A DNA stretch of 64,000 bases from Eledone cirrhosa (taxonomy: Eukaryota). Within the stretch, counting starts at the first letter, position 1. Each line of letters opens with the position of its first letter. The position numbers and the translations under genes are program-made. This document shows, in pieces, positions 28,254 to 42,739 of the stretch. The notes under the pieces are model-generated. The model made no database searches and was not told the origin of the DNA. It worked only from the letters and a program-made list of their open reading frames with translations. The DNA is taken from positions 213,776,001 to 213,840,000 of the forward strand of contig OZ024742.1 of the NCBI GenBank assembly GCA_964016885.1, in the 5' to 3' direction.

Positions 28254-29198
28254 GTTGAGAAGGTAACACACCAGAGAGAGATATATAGCGCGTTATCAAT
28301 AATACAGGGAAAAAACCACCAGTGTATGGATTCTATAACCTATGAAAGGCAGACTATAGACACGATAATTAAAAATATAAATTAAAGCGTAAATAAATAC
28401 CTTTATAACTATATAACACACGTACAAATCCAAAGATATGTTTCACCAAAAAATTTGTTGAAAGAAATGGTCTAGTCTCAAAGGGGAAGAGATCCTGAGG
28501 GGAAGAGATCCTGAGCCCTTTAAAATATAATATGTTGAGAAGGTAACACACCAGAGAGAGATATATAGCGCGTTATCAATAATACAGGATCTCTTCCCCT
28601 TTGAGCACATTATTTACAGGGAATAACGACGGCCTATGCCTCCGTTAATTTATCGTGATATTTCGCTCCTAATAACAGTCTTTCCTATCTCTGTTTGGTT
28701 GAGCACACTTCTCTGAGTGGCTTTGGGCTGCCCTTTCTAGCAGTTCGTCTCTCAGAGGCCACTGGTTCACTGCCCTTAAACACGCTGTGACTTCTCTCTC
28801 CCACGTGTAGCTGGACAGTCAATTGTAAAATTCTCTTAGTGTTGTCTGAAATGTATGGCCTTACACACGCTGATGAACCGAGACTAGACCATTTCTTTCA
28901 ACAAATTTTTTGGTGAAACATATCTTTGGATTTGTACGTGTGTTATATAGTTATAAAGGTATTTATTTACGCTTTAATTTATATTTTTAATTATCGTGTC
29001 TATAGTCTGCCTTTCATAGGTTATAGATTCCATACACTGGTGGTTTTTTCCCTATATTATTGATAACGCGCTATATATCTCTCTCTGGTGTGTTACCTTC
29101 TCAACATATTATATTTTAAAGGGCTCAGGATCTCTTCCCCTTTGAGCACATCATTTACAGGGAATAACGACGGCCTATGCCTCCGTTAATTTATCGTG

Positions 29199-29200
<2 letters not shown>
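28246..29200. mobile_element. Non-coding element with direct terminal redundancy and an inverted 5' copy (pLTR-like layout)
   Basis: 28587-28660 is repeated at 29128-29200, 28246-28480 is the inverse of 28880-29112, and 28246-28306 is repeated at 28527-28587. TA-flanked. Confidence 0.6.
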
Positions 29201-29256
<56 letters not shown>

Positions 29257-29335
29257 GTGTGTGTGTATATATATGTGTATGTGTGTGTGTGTGTGTGTGT
29301 ATATATGTGTGTGTGTGTGTGTATATATATGTATA

Positions 29336-29399
<64 letters not shown>

Positions 29400-29402
29400 T
29401 AT

Positions 29403-30262
29403 ATGAATAAATTAGTCCTTCATCAGTGATCTTCCAACCATCATTGGTATTTCATCGCTTTAAAGACCATATACCTCCGGTTGGTGCGAGCAACGGCTAA
29501 AAAAATCGTTGGGACACGTAAATAAAGGGGACACGAGAGTGTAAACAAACAAAGATGGTGAAGCAACGAAAAGTGAGGAAGAGGAGTCAAGTCCCAAATT
29601 TCCATGAATATAAGTTCGGTGAAATCGTGAACGAGAGAGAATAAAGACCATCAAACCTGGTTGGAATGTGAGCAAGGAAGGAATTTCGCACAGGTCTAAC
29701 GGGAGGAAGAAGGGGTCTAGTCTGTGAATTCAGTAAACATAAGTTCTGTGAAATCGTAAACGAGAGAGAGAAAAAAAGCAACCTGCCAGACCAAGGGTGC
29801 GAAAGAAAAGAATTACGCACAGGTCAAACGGGAAGAAGGAGGAGGAGGAGAGGTAGTAACAGAGAATGAGTGAGTGAAGGGTGAGGAAGAGGCTAACAGA
29901 GAGAGTGACTGTTAGAGAGGGTAAAGATACAGAGAAAGAGGAAGCAGTAAGAACGAAATAGACGGGTCACAGCGGGGGAACAAATATGTGTAAATATGAG
30001 AATAAACGTGCTGCGTGGTTGCTAATGGGTTACATATGAATAAAGTTAGTCCTTCATCAGTGATCTTCCAACCATTATTGGTATTTCAACGCTTTAAAGA
30101 CCATATACTTCCGGTTGGTGCGAGCAACGGCTAAAAAAAGTCGTTGGGACACGTAAATAAAGGGGACACGAGAGTGTAAACAAACAAAGATGGTGAAGCA
30201 ACGAAAAGTGAGGAAGAAGGAGTCAAGTCCCAAATTTCCATGAATATAAGTTCGGTGAAATC

Positions 30263-30263
<1 letters not shown>
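29403..30263 (-). mobile_element. Partially tandem non-coding element (~630-bp period); second copy at 44671-45362 (+)
   Basis: 29403-29630 is repeated at 30036-30263. The whole unit is the reverse complement of 44671-45362, which has its own terminal redundancy. Confidence 0.7.
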
Positions 30264-30296
<33 letters not shown>

Positions 30297-30639
30297 CATC
30301 ATCATCATCATTTCATTTTACGTCCACTTTTCCCTGCTTGCAAGGGTGGGACGGGAACTGATTCTGGCTTGATTTCTACAGCTGGATGCCCTTCCTAACA
30401 CCAACCTCATTTACAGTGAGTGCTGGGTGCTTTTTTTTGCCGTGGCACCTCCACGACCACTTTGCAGTGGAATGATAGGGACTCAAGTCCATATCATCTC
30501 ATTTCTACAGCTGAGTAAACTGGAGCAATGTGAAATAAAGTGTCTTGCTCAAGGAAACAACACATCACCCGGTCTGAGAATTGAACTCACAACCTTTCGA
30601 TTGCAAGGCCAATGCTCTAACCACTAAGCCATGTGCCTC

Positions 30640-32601
<1,962 letters not shown>

Positions 32602-32942
32602 GTGAGTGTGTTTGTGTGTGTATTTATTCACACACACATACAGACACATATGTGTGTGTTTGTGTGTCTGTATGAAGAGTGTTTCTCATGAAGTTTTAGT
32701 GCGCTACAAAGTATACGGCATTGGTTTATCTAGTATCCACAACTAGTCAGAAACCAGATATTGGAGGCCATTATGGCCTGATGAAGTTCGCCCTGTTAGT
32801 ACAAGTATAGTGGGAAGATTTTAATTTTAATTTTATTTAATTAGGTAATTGTATTTTTTTTTCTTCTTTTGGTTATATAACGGCGGGGGAAGATTCGAAA
32901 CCGAATCTGAGCTTTCCCACCTCTGGGACAAACCGTGATTAG

Positions 32943-33215
32943 TTGTTTACGCCCGGCAGACCAACCCCTTGTGAGATGCTAAACACAGGTCAGATGTTGT
33001 TTACACCTGGCAGAAAAGAGGTCAGATGATATATCCATCCTTCTAACTTCAACCGTTATAAATACAAGGGTTGTTTACGCCCGACAGACCAATCCCTTGG
33101 GAGATGCTAAACGCAGCTCAGATGTTGTTTACACCTGGCAGAAAAGAGGTCAGAGGATATATCTATCCTTCTAACTTAAATCTTTATAAATACAAGTGTT
33201 GTTTACGCCTGGCAG
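32943..33215 (+). repeat. 128-bp tandem duplication with internal tgtttacRccYggcaga motif
   Basis: Units start at 32943, 33071 and 33199. Confidence 0.75.
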
Positions 33216-34059
33216 AGAAAGTGAGACTACAGACAAGTCAGGAAGTATTTACCGACGCTCCCTTCACGAAAAACCAGTCTGTTTACTAATTTCTCACATA
33301 TCATTCCCGCCTGCTTGATTGAATCCTACTACTGCTAAGACAAGAAAGTATACTAATACGCACACACGCACACATAGTAAGTTCACACTGCTTGCATTTT
33401 TACACGCACCATTTCTGTCTGTCATATTGTATCTTTCAGATACAATACAAATTATATTATATAGTATTCTGTGATACTTGTATTTACGTGGCTCGAAGAG
33501 CCACCAACTTATTGTACGAATATTTCATGTTATAGATTTTATCATCCAATATTCAAATTGAATATTGTTATAATAAAATAAACATTGTAACAACACAATC
33601 CTAGTATTATTATTTGCATTGAAAGCATCATACCAATAATTCCATCTATTCGTTACATATCTTTATATAACTTATGTTTAACACTTTATTTTAGCATAGT
33701 TGAAAGGTATAACAGTTAGACCAAAGCGTAATGTTTTAATTGTGTGCGTGTATGCGTGAATATCAAATGAAACAAATTATTTGAAGCCTGCATACCCCCC
33801 TCCCCCCAAAAAAACACAAAAAAACTGGAGAGTAAATGGAAATAACTGGGCCACTTCTGGTTTCGAGTAACAATATAAATTGAACGAAAATTTTGCTATC
33901 TATTGTTCGTACTATTTTCTCTGTATTGTACAATGTTTAAACATCCCAATATCCAATTAAGAAAATTGGCCGTGAATTCAGCATTGGTTATTTATCTTAT
34001 GGGTATATTTTTCCCAGGGCAGTCAATTACCTATGTGTCTTTTGTGTAACTAATCATTA

Positions 34060-34590
34060 AGCATCCACACTTAAAGTATCGTTTATATTCTAAGCATGCT
34101 GACCAGAAAGGAAATCCCTTGGCATATTTCTTATAATTTAAGACCTAATTCGAAAAGCCGAAAACATTGATCTCGGAATTTCAGGAAGCAGCTACACAGC
34201 ACAAGAATGCGGTGATTGCATCGTACAACATTGCGTTACAGGTTGCAACGGCCAGTAAGTGCTAAACTATAGGAGAAACATAACTTCGACCTGTTATTGA
34301 AGAAGTTCTCTCGGCTGTAATGCATAAAATGTGTGATACAATTATGAAGACAATTCTACTTAGTAATAACAACTTCTCGACATATAGATGAAATGACCAC
34401 CTACGTCAAACATGAACTCATCCATAATCTGTGGAGTTACAGGGGCGGTGGAAGCATTCTTGAATTGGGGTGGGGCGAAAATTTGGTTAATTTAGTTGTA
34501 GTGATTAGTCTAGATTTTTGCACTCTGAAAAAGTCAGAAATTTTTCCACGTGAAAGTGGGCGATGGTGCAAAAAATGTTGGGAACCCTTG
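34060..34590 (+). pseudogene. hAT (Charlie/Buster-like) transposase relic with terminal inverted repeat
   Basis: Decayed frame SYNIALQVA...TIGET*LRPVIEEV...LLSNN..HIDEM. Ends with ttgggaacccttg, resembling a hAT TIR. Confidence 0.6.
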
Positions 34591-35052
34591 ATTTAGAGCA
34601 TTCGCCATTTAAGGTAATGAATATTCATTCGAGTAGGAGGGGTTACATAGTGTCAGCAATGTCAAAATGTTGTTAGATTAATTATGAATGCAACATGTTA
34701 GGTTAAATGCAAATAAATAATGTTAATGTGCCTACATTAGTGACAGAAATAGACAAAATGCCTTGCATTATTTAATTACGTCTCTTTATCGCCGGAAATT
34801 TGCCTTGTATTCTTCCAAGTATGTTGAAATAAGTACCAATGAAATACTGTTGACGATTAAAAATCGACTATGCACCTCCTTGTGTAGTCATGTGCTTATA
34901 CTAGTAAATCCCATTTTGACTTTCATCCCTATTTAGTTGATAAAAATCCCGTCAGGGATTGATAAAATCTCTCTGGGTTGATAAAATGAAATGACTCCTC
35001 TTTCAAAAAAGTGTGGTATTATACCTCAGTTAAGAACCATCATTATTAATAA

Positions 35053-35245
35053 GGCGGTGGATTGGCAGTATTGGTAGAGGGTCGGATGCCATGCTTTGAA
35101 GCATAGAGTTACCTCCCTGAATGATCTGAGTTCAAATCCCGCCGAGGTTAACTTTGCCTTTCATCCTTCCGGGGTCGATAGAATAAAGTACCAGTAATGC
35201 ATTGGGTAATCGTTGGCCTTGTGCCAAAAGTAGAAACAATTATTA
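35053..35245 (+). mobile_element. tRNA-derived SINE
   Basis: Full-length copy of the same family. Confidence 0.8.
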
Positions 35246-35519
35246 ATTAGTAAAGGGAACCTTTACAACCATTAGAGCGTCTGACAAAATGCTTTACAGT
35301 ATTTAGTCATGCTCTTTACTTTCTCAGTTTAAATCCCACCGTGGTCATTTCCCAAATTGCTGACCTTGTGCCTGAGATAAAAACAATAATTAATAATAAC
35401 AAAAATATCTGTGGATTGCAGAGTCAGTAAAATGGCAGATAAAGCCTTCTTTTAAATTCTATCGAAGTACGAAAGATCAATTCATTCTTCATCTCATAAA
35501 ATATTTCCAACATACGATG

Positions 35520-35790
35520 GCCAATCAGCATAGCGAGAATCTCATCCAGTCATTCACAATCTGCTGTTATATGATGGTTTAGCAATATTGGATGCAAATC
35601 TAAATCCAGGGCTTTCTCACTCCAGTTGGAGGAACACCTCGCTGGTTAACCTCCACCGCTTGCTATCTCTGGCTATACTGGGCCATATGGGGCCATGTGG
35701 GGCCGAGGTATTGGGTTAGATCGTCACGCCATCTTGCCTTTGGGCGCCCTCTAGTTCCTCCCCAATGCCTTGGTGTCCACTCTGTGGCTA
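35520..35790 (-). mobile_element. Decayed RTE-like 3' fragment
   Basis: The minus strand encodes RGRPKARWRDDL. Confidence 0.5.
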
Positions 35791-35861
35791 AATATTGAAT
35801 ACTTTATAATAATTACGTAATTTAATTGAAATAAACTTTTCTTATAAGAAATGCCACTTAC

Positions 35862-35971
35862 GGATTAAAAAGTTCCAGTTCCGGTGTCCATACATCACCA
35901 GGTTTAAGAAAAATCTCTTTAACACCTCCATGATGATTCGGATCCCACTTCAAGAGCTGGTTTCTCCATGC
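35862..35971 (-). CDS. Exon of the nAChR-like subunit (110 nt, W..L.W.P..GG...WxPxxxLxN, loop A)
   Basis: Acceptor ctaatacag|GCA and donor AATCC|gtaagt. Encodes AWRNQLLKWDPNHHGGVKEIFLKPGDVWTPELELFN(P). The 110-nt length and phase 0 to 2 match the conserved nAChR exon. Confidence 0.92.
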
Positions 35972-37060
35972 CTGTATTAGAAAGAATAGTGTGTTCAGTT
36001 GTGTACGGATTTCAAACGCTAATGGAATGCTAGAGCTAGTAGTTAAAGTATATAATGTACTCCCTATATATTCTGAGTTCAAATCGTACTGGAGCTGACT
36101 TTGTCTTTTATCTCTTTCGGATTTATAAAACAAGGAGCAGTTATTGTTGTTATTTAGCATCATGACAACTCCTGATAGAGCAGAACAATGATTAAAAGCG
36201 TACTAGTCATGCCCATTCCATCTTTATTGTCAGGTATCGTATTTGTAGGATAATATCCAATGTGACCTTCCATTTATTAAGGTCGTAAATAGGATATAAG
36301 GTAGAGTTGGCTGCGATTTCTTGAAAGTAGAGCTACCAAATTGAGGCTCCCAATTGAATCGATCATGACATTCATGTATATTCCTAATTAAACCAATAAG
36401 AGAGCCTTTATGTTTTCGTTTGACTTGCTAGAAATAACAGCTAAAGCTTTCTCAAACCACACCTTACTGTTTTGGAACAGGGTACACTCTGTCTGGAATA
36501 AAAACAGGATGGTCACGGTTAGATTACTTTTAATCATGTATGTTCAGATTTGGCCAACACAAGCATGGAGAAAACTAAGTTAATACTTCGATGATGTTCA
36601 ACATACTGCTTAACACCACCTATCGCCTTTTAGCATGTCCTTTGTGATACTTGGCACTTTAACACTGTTATAGACAGATGTAAACACCTTGGCAGTATAT
36701 ACATTACGAGTCGTACATTGATAGACTTATTACTTCACATCTTAAAACTCTTTCTCTCTCCTTCCCCATCTCTCTCTCCTTCCCCCATCTCTCTCTCCAT
36801 CTCTCCTTCCCCTCATCTCTCCTTCCCCCCTTCCCTCATCTTTCTCTCACCCCTCTCTCTCACACACTTTTGTCAATTTGCCAACATCTTTCTTTCCTTA
36901 TCACTTTTTTCTTTTCTATCCATTGTCTTATATCTAGAAAAAACATTTTATATAACGATATTAGGACGTCTTATCTTACTTAACATCATAACAAAAAGCG
37001 AATAAATAGAAAAAAATGACTGAATTTAATTTTTTTTTTTGTGTTTATGTATGTACGTAC

Positions 37061-37224
37061 CAGAGAATCTAAAGATATCAGAGACAATATTCGGTTAGTC
37101 TCATCGATACTAAATGTTATTGGTGTCATTGTAAAGGTTACATTCATTGCTTCTCTGTTGTGTTTGACAGGTCGAGCAGTATTCACATACGAAGTGATCA
37201 ACTCGTTAATAAGCTTCTGCTCTT
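37061..37224 (-). CDS. Exon of a nicotinic acetylcholine receptor-like / Cys-loop ligand-gated ion channel subunit (N-terminal helix, beta1-beta2)
   Basis: Acceptor ttttgcag|AA and donor CTG|gtacgt. Translation (x)EQKLINELITSYVNTARPVKHNREAMNVTFTMTPITFSIDETNRILSLISLDSL matches the nAChR pattern E.RL..DL...Y....RPV......V.V.F.......DE.NQ.L. The exon ends in phase 0. Confidence 0.88.
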
Positions 37225-37267
37225 CTGCAAAACAGCAACAACAATAATAATGATAATAATAATAATA

Positions 37268-37712
37268 ATTCTTTCTTTATTGGCCACAAGGGCCCACATA
37301 TAGGGGACAATATCAAAAGACAGGGACAGTGGCGGTTTACAATAAAATTGAGTAAAAAAAACAAAAACAAATTGACAAAAACAATTAACAATAGAATTAC
37401 AACAATAAGCATTCTCCAATAGGAAGAAGAACCACCCAAGAACGACTCAGGTACCTTACAATCCTGAACCATCCGACGCTTCAAGGGCATCCCTCTTCTC
37501 CTCAAATCAATCAGCCTACAGGCGCCTGCTCAGAGTAGGCCCATTTCACGGGCCATTCTCACCACATTCACCCACCTTTTAGCAAATGTACTAGAGGACA
37601 GCACTGCTTACTCAACCCTCAATTTCCTTTCTAAGTGAAATTTGAAAAAGTTGATGAGGGATTGGCCGAAGTGTAAAATATCTACCTTCAGTCCTTTCAA
37701 TCTAGTTTACCA
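37268..37712 (-). mobile_element. 3' fragment of a related Tx1-type LINE
   Basis: Similar to 24090-24520 (FFKFHL..K.RV coding end; 3' UTR cactgtcc...cccttgtgg). Ends in AATAAA followed by (ATT)n. Confidence 0.75.
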
Positions 37713-37872
37713 GATTTTAAATGTGCGTATGTGTTTTTTGTGAGTAGTGCGATATTTTGAGGTGTGGTGTAATTTTATTTTTTAATTGCGATGTTGTGCT
37801 CTATGTAGTTCAGTAGTCTTCTGTTGTTAGTGTTTATTGCTGTGTAGTGTGTTATATTTGTATCCTTTTATT

Positions 37873-38056
37873 GTGGATTGGCAGTATCGGTAGAGGATCG
37901 GACGCCATGCTTTGCAGCAGAGAGTTAAGGCCTTTTATGGTTTGAGTTCAAATCCCGCCGAGGTTAACTTTATCTTTCATCCTTACGGGGTCGATAAAAT
38001 AAAGTACCAGTAATACACTGAGTAATTGCTGGCCTTGTGCCAAAAGTAGAAACAAT
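37873..38056 (+). mobile_element. tRNA-derived SINE (dominant family in the window) with 18-bp TSD
   Basis: A/B boxes and the conserved body ctttcatccttacggggtcgataaaataaagtaccag. TSD tatttgtatccttttatt at 37855-37872 and 38057-38074. Confidence 0.85.
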
Positions 38057-38129
38057 TATTTGTATCCTTTTATTTTATTTGCTATTGTTGTTGCGGATGT
38101 AGGTTTTGTTTTGTTTGGGATGTTGTTGT

Positions 38130-40546
38130 TGTCTGTTGTGGTGTCTGTTGTGGTGTTGTTGGTGTCTGTTGTTTTGTTGTTGGTGTCTGCTGTGGTGTTG
38201 TTGTTGGTGTCTGTTGTGGTGTTGTTGGTGTCTGTTGTGGTGTTGTTGGTGTCTGTTGTGGTGTTATTGTTGGTGTCTGTTGTGGTGTTGTTGTTGGTGT
38301 CTGTTGTGGTGTTGTTGGTGTCTGTTGTGGTGTTGTTGTTGGTGTCTGTTGTGGTGTTGTTGGTGTCTGTTGTGCTGTTGTTGGTGTCTGTTGTGGTGTT
38401 GTTGGTGTCTGTTGTGGTGTTGTTGTTGGTGTCTGTTGTGTTGTTGTTGGTGTCTGCTGTGGTGTTGTTGTTGGTGTCTGTTGTGGTGTTGTTGTTGGTG
38501 TCTGTTGTGGTGTTGTTGGTGTCTGTTGTTTTGTTGTTGGTGTCTGCTGTGGTGTTGTTGTTGGTGTCTGTTGTGGTGTTGTTGGTGTCTGTTGTGGTGT
38601 TGTTGTTGGTGTCTGTTGTGGTGTTGTTGGTGTCTGTGATGTTGTTGGTGATGTCTGTTGTGTTGTTGTTGGTGTCTGTTATGTTGTTGTTGGTGTCTCT
38701 TGTGGTGTTGTTGTTGGTGTCTGTTGTGTTGTTGTTGGTGTCTATTGTGGTGTTGTTGGTGTCTATTGTGGTGTTGTTGGTGTCTGTTGTGGTGTTGTTG
38801 TTGGTGTCTGTTGTGTTATTGTTGGTGTCTGTTGTGGTGTTGTTGTTGGTGTCTGTTGTGGTGTTGTTGTTGGTGTCTGTGGTGTTGTTGTTGGTGTCTG
38901 TTGTGGTGTTGTTGGTGTCTGTTTTGGTGTTGTTGGTGTCCGTTGTGGTGTTGTTGTTGGTGTCTGTTGTGGTGTTGTTGGTGTCTGTTTTGGTGTTGTT
39001 GGTGTCCGTTGTGGTGTTGTTGTTGGTGTCTGTTGTGGTGTTGTTGTTGGTGCCTGTTGTGGTGTTGTTGGTGTCTGTTGTGGTGTTGTTGGTGTCTGTT
39101 GTGGTGTTGTTGTTGGTGTCTGTTGTGTTATTGTTGGTGTCTGTTGTGCTGTTGTTGTTGGTGTCTGTTGTGCTGTTGTTGTTGGTGTCTGTTGTGCTGT
39201 TGTTGTTGGTGTCTGTTGTGTTGTCGTTGTTGGTGTCTGTTGTGTTATTGTTGGTGTCTGTTGTGCTGTTGTTGTTGGTGTCTGTTGTGCTGTTGTTGTT
39301 GGTGTCTGTTGTGTTGTCGTTGTTGGTGTCTGTTGTGCTGTTGTTGTTGGTGTCTGTTGTGGTGTTGTTGTTGGTACCTGTTGTGGTGTTGTTGGTGTCT
39401 GTTGTGCTGTTGTTGTTGGTGTCTGTTGTGGTGTTGTTGTTGGTGTCTGTTGTGTTATTGTTGGTGTCTGTTGTGCTGTTGTTGTTGGTGTCTGTTGTGC
39501 TGTTGTTGTTGGTGTCTGTTGTGTTGTCGTTGTTGGTGTCTGTTGTGGTGTTGTTGTTGGTGTCTGTTGTGGTGTTGTTGTTGGTGTCTGTTGTATTATT
39601 GTTGGTGTCTGTTGTTGTTGGTGTCTGTTGTGCTGTTGTTGTTGGTGTCTGTTGTGCTGTTGTTGTTGGTGTCCGTTGTGTTGTCGTTGTTGGTGTCTGT
39701 TGTGCTGTTGTTGTTGGTGTCTGTTGTGGTGTTGTTGTTGGTGTCTGTAGTGGTGTTGTTGTTGGTGTCTGTTGTGCTGTTGTTGTTGGTGTCTATTGTG
39801 CTGTTGTTGTTGGTGTCTGTTGTGCTGTTGTTGTTGGTGTCTGTTGTGGTGTTGTTGGTGTCTGCTGTGGTGTTGTTGGTGTCTGTTGTGGTGTTGTTGG
39901 TGTCTGTTGTGGTGTTGTTGTTGGTGTCTGTTGTGCTGTTGTTGTTGGTGTCTGTTGTGTTGTCGTTGTTGGTGTCTGTTGTTGGTGTCTGTTGTGTTGT
40001 CGTTGTTGGTGTCTGTTGTCGTGTCGTTGTTGGTGTCTGTTCTGGTGTTGTTGTTGGTGTCTGTTGTGGTGTTGTTGGTGTCTGTTGTGCTGTTGTTGTT
40101 GGTGTATGTTGTGGTGTTGTTGTTGGTGTCTGTTGTGGTGTTGTTGTTGGTGTCTGTTGTGGTGTTGTTGTTGGTGTCTGTTGTGGTGTTGTTGGTGTCT
40201 GTTGTGTTGTCGTTGTTGGTGTCTGTTGTGGTGTTGTTGTTGGTGTCTGTTGTGGTGTTGTTGTTGGTGTCTGTTGTGGTGTTGTTGGTGTCTGTTGTGT
40301 TGTCGTTGTTGGTGTCCGTTGTGGTGTTGTTGGTGTCTGTTGTGCTGTTGATGTTGGTGTCTGTTGTGGTGTTGTTGGTGTCTGTTGTGCTGTTGTTGTT
40401 GGTGTCTGTTGTGCTGTTGTTGTTGGTGTCTGTTGTGTTGTCGTTGTTGGTGTCTGTTGTGGTGTTGTTGTTTGTGTCTGTTGTGGTGTTGTTGGTGTCT
40501 GTTGTGTTGTCTTTGTTGGTGTCTGTTGTGCTGTTGTTGTTGGTGC
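38130..40546. repeat. GT-rich minisatellite, 21/24-bp unit ggtgtctgttgtggtgttg(ttg)tt
   Basis: About 100 tandem units. The long ORFs on both strands derive from it. Confidence 0.9.
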
Positions 40547-40664
40547 CATATCTTTTGTCATCTTCAAATACAGATATAACCAATGTTTACATAGGAGAAA
40601 TTGTAAATAGACAATAATTTAAAAGTGAAGTAGGAAAGACTCATTCTCTCTTATGTACATACAC

Positions 40665-40843
40665 TGTGGAGAGCTCCCGAAAGAATCCTTCCAGGAGTGC
40701 ATGCAAGCGTGGCAGAAAAGGATGGAAATGTGCATTAGACTCCAGGGGGATTACTTTGAATGAGAAAACCCTTATTGTGAAGTTTGGGTTTGAAATAAAT
40801 CTTTTGTGACATCAGTCCTGGAACTTTTCTGACACACCTCGTA
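40665..40843 (+). mobile_element. Mariner 3' end fragment
   Basis: Encodes ...FQEC..AWQKRMEMCIRLQGDYFE*, followed by a TIR-like end acacacctcg-TA. Confidence 0.65.
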
Positions 40844-41292
40844 TATACACATATATACACCAGGTCCGAATACAAAAGAACCAAACTACCACTGTCACTG
40901 CTTCTGTCTCTCCCCATATCTGACTATTGTGAGCAAATGGGGCCCACGCGCTGGCTCTCTTGCGGCGCCGGCGGACAGAATAGAGAAGGCCTCGCCCTGG
41001 ACGATGGTAAGGGAGATGCGCTGTGGGTAGCCAACTCTGTGCCGATGGTGGCGAGCAGGGAAACCAGAAGTCTCCACTGTTTACGTTGTTTATTATAGAC
41101 AACAACAACAACACGAAAAGAGAAGGTTGTAGGGCAACAGGTGATGGAGCGAAAGTTCAGAAGGAGCGACAATGAGAGAGGAGGAAGAGCGAGAGAGGTA
41201 GAATAGAGAGAGATAGGGGTGGTGAGCAGAGAGAGAAAGTGAGAGACGGAGGGCAGAGAGAGAGAGGGTTGACGTAGAGGTAGATATGTGGT

Positions 41293-41378
<86 letters not shown>

Positions 41379-42708
41379 AGATGGAGGGAGAAGGAAAAAG
41401 AGAGTCACAGCAGTAGTAGTAAACAACAGTTTAGGTGTCTGTTTCCATAACACACATAAACTCACTCGCTCACACACACACACACACGCACATACACACA
41501 CATTCACCCCTCCCCTTCTCTCTCACACACACAGATATATAATTTGTAATATGAATATTTTGACAATATAATTATGTAAATGCAGTCTGTAACCACAAGG
41601 GAGATGCTAAAATCCAGTGTATTGGCGTCAAATGTTAAGATTATTATAGATTAATTTTCTCCTGCATAAGAGCTCTCTTATGCAAGTAAAATTCTCAGAA
41701 GACTTACTTCATTCTCCCTGTCGTTTATTGTTATTAAAGAATATAGCAGTTAATGTACTCCTAAAATAAAAAAAAAGCCTGCTGTTTATTTGAAATAAAT
41801 AGTTGTTTGTTTTAGATTGTTTTCAGTATGATCAAGGTATGCTGGAACGCTGCTTTTGTTTGATCAACCGAACAGCCTACTAATAAACTTAATGTTCATG
41901 TGGTTAAGCATTCCCCAGGCACGGCATCCCTAATATAGTTCTCAGGAAGATTCAGCATGACACCGTGTTTGACAAGTCTGGCCTTTTGGATTATAAGTAT
42001 AATCATCCCGACGGTCCTTCAAAAGGTTTTCGTCTAGCCAGTCACTTAGAAGTCATGTATGGCTCAACCCAAGTTTAAGACAAATGACACTGGCCCAAGA
42101 TGCCACGCAATGGGATCGAACCCAAGACCTAATGATTGTGAAGCCGACATAGTGACGATCACAGATGAAACCATTAGAAACTCCGTGAGAGACAAACAAG
42201 TTTTTTGGGAGGTTGTTTACCTTGAGTATATGTCAATGAATGTCGATGGAATGGCTCTTCCAGCGCATCTCACTTACCATCCTCCGGGGAAACGCCTTCT
42301 CCATTCTGTCAGCCGGGGCTGTGGGGAGGCCAGCACGTGGGACCCCATTTGCTCATAATACAGAGAGATTGGAAGGGTGAGAGAGATGGAGGCGATGACA
42401 GTGGGAGTTCGGCTCTTCGGACCTGTGGTTGTGACAATGGCTAACTTTCTCATTATTAACATTTCCGTTACCATATTTCTAATATGAAAGGAAAATAGGG
42501 TAAGGAAATGTAGAGAGGCAGATGTTTTAGATAGGCTAGGCGGAGTTGGTATATAATTAGAAAAGTCCAAAGGGGAATGGATCCATTCTAGTAGTGACAG
42601 AATAGATAACGTGTCTATCGAAAAATATAATGGATATATAATAGTGCGTTAATAAGCAAGATTTTGTCAATCAGACAAATAGTCCTTTTTTCCGATAAAA
42701 TCAATGTC

Positions 42709-42739
<31 letters not shown>

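Noticed and set aside
32770-32810. Isolated CTGATGA
   Set aside because: No downstream stem II-GAAA.
35053-35145. tRNA-like A/B boxes
   Set aside because: SINE heads rather than tRNA genes; no cloverleaf.
38060-40617. Plus-strand Val/Leu- and Cys/Trp-rich ORFs
   Set aside because: Stop-free frames of a GT-rich minisatellite.
40812-41114. Hydrophobic-start ORF as a receptor signal-peptide exon
   Set aside because: Overlaps a dispersed repeat, starts at a non-ATG codon and has no convincing donor.
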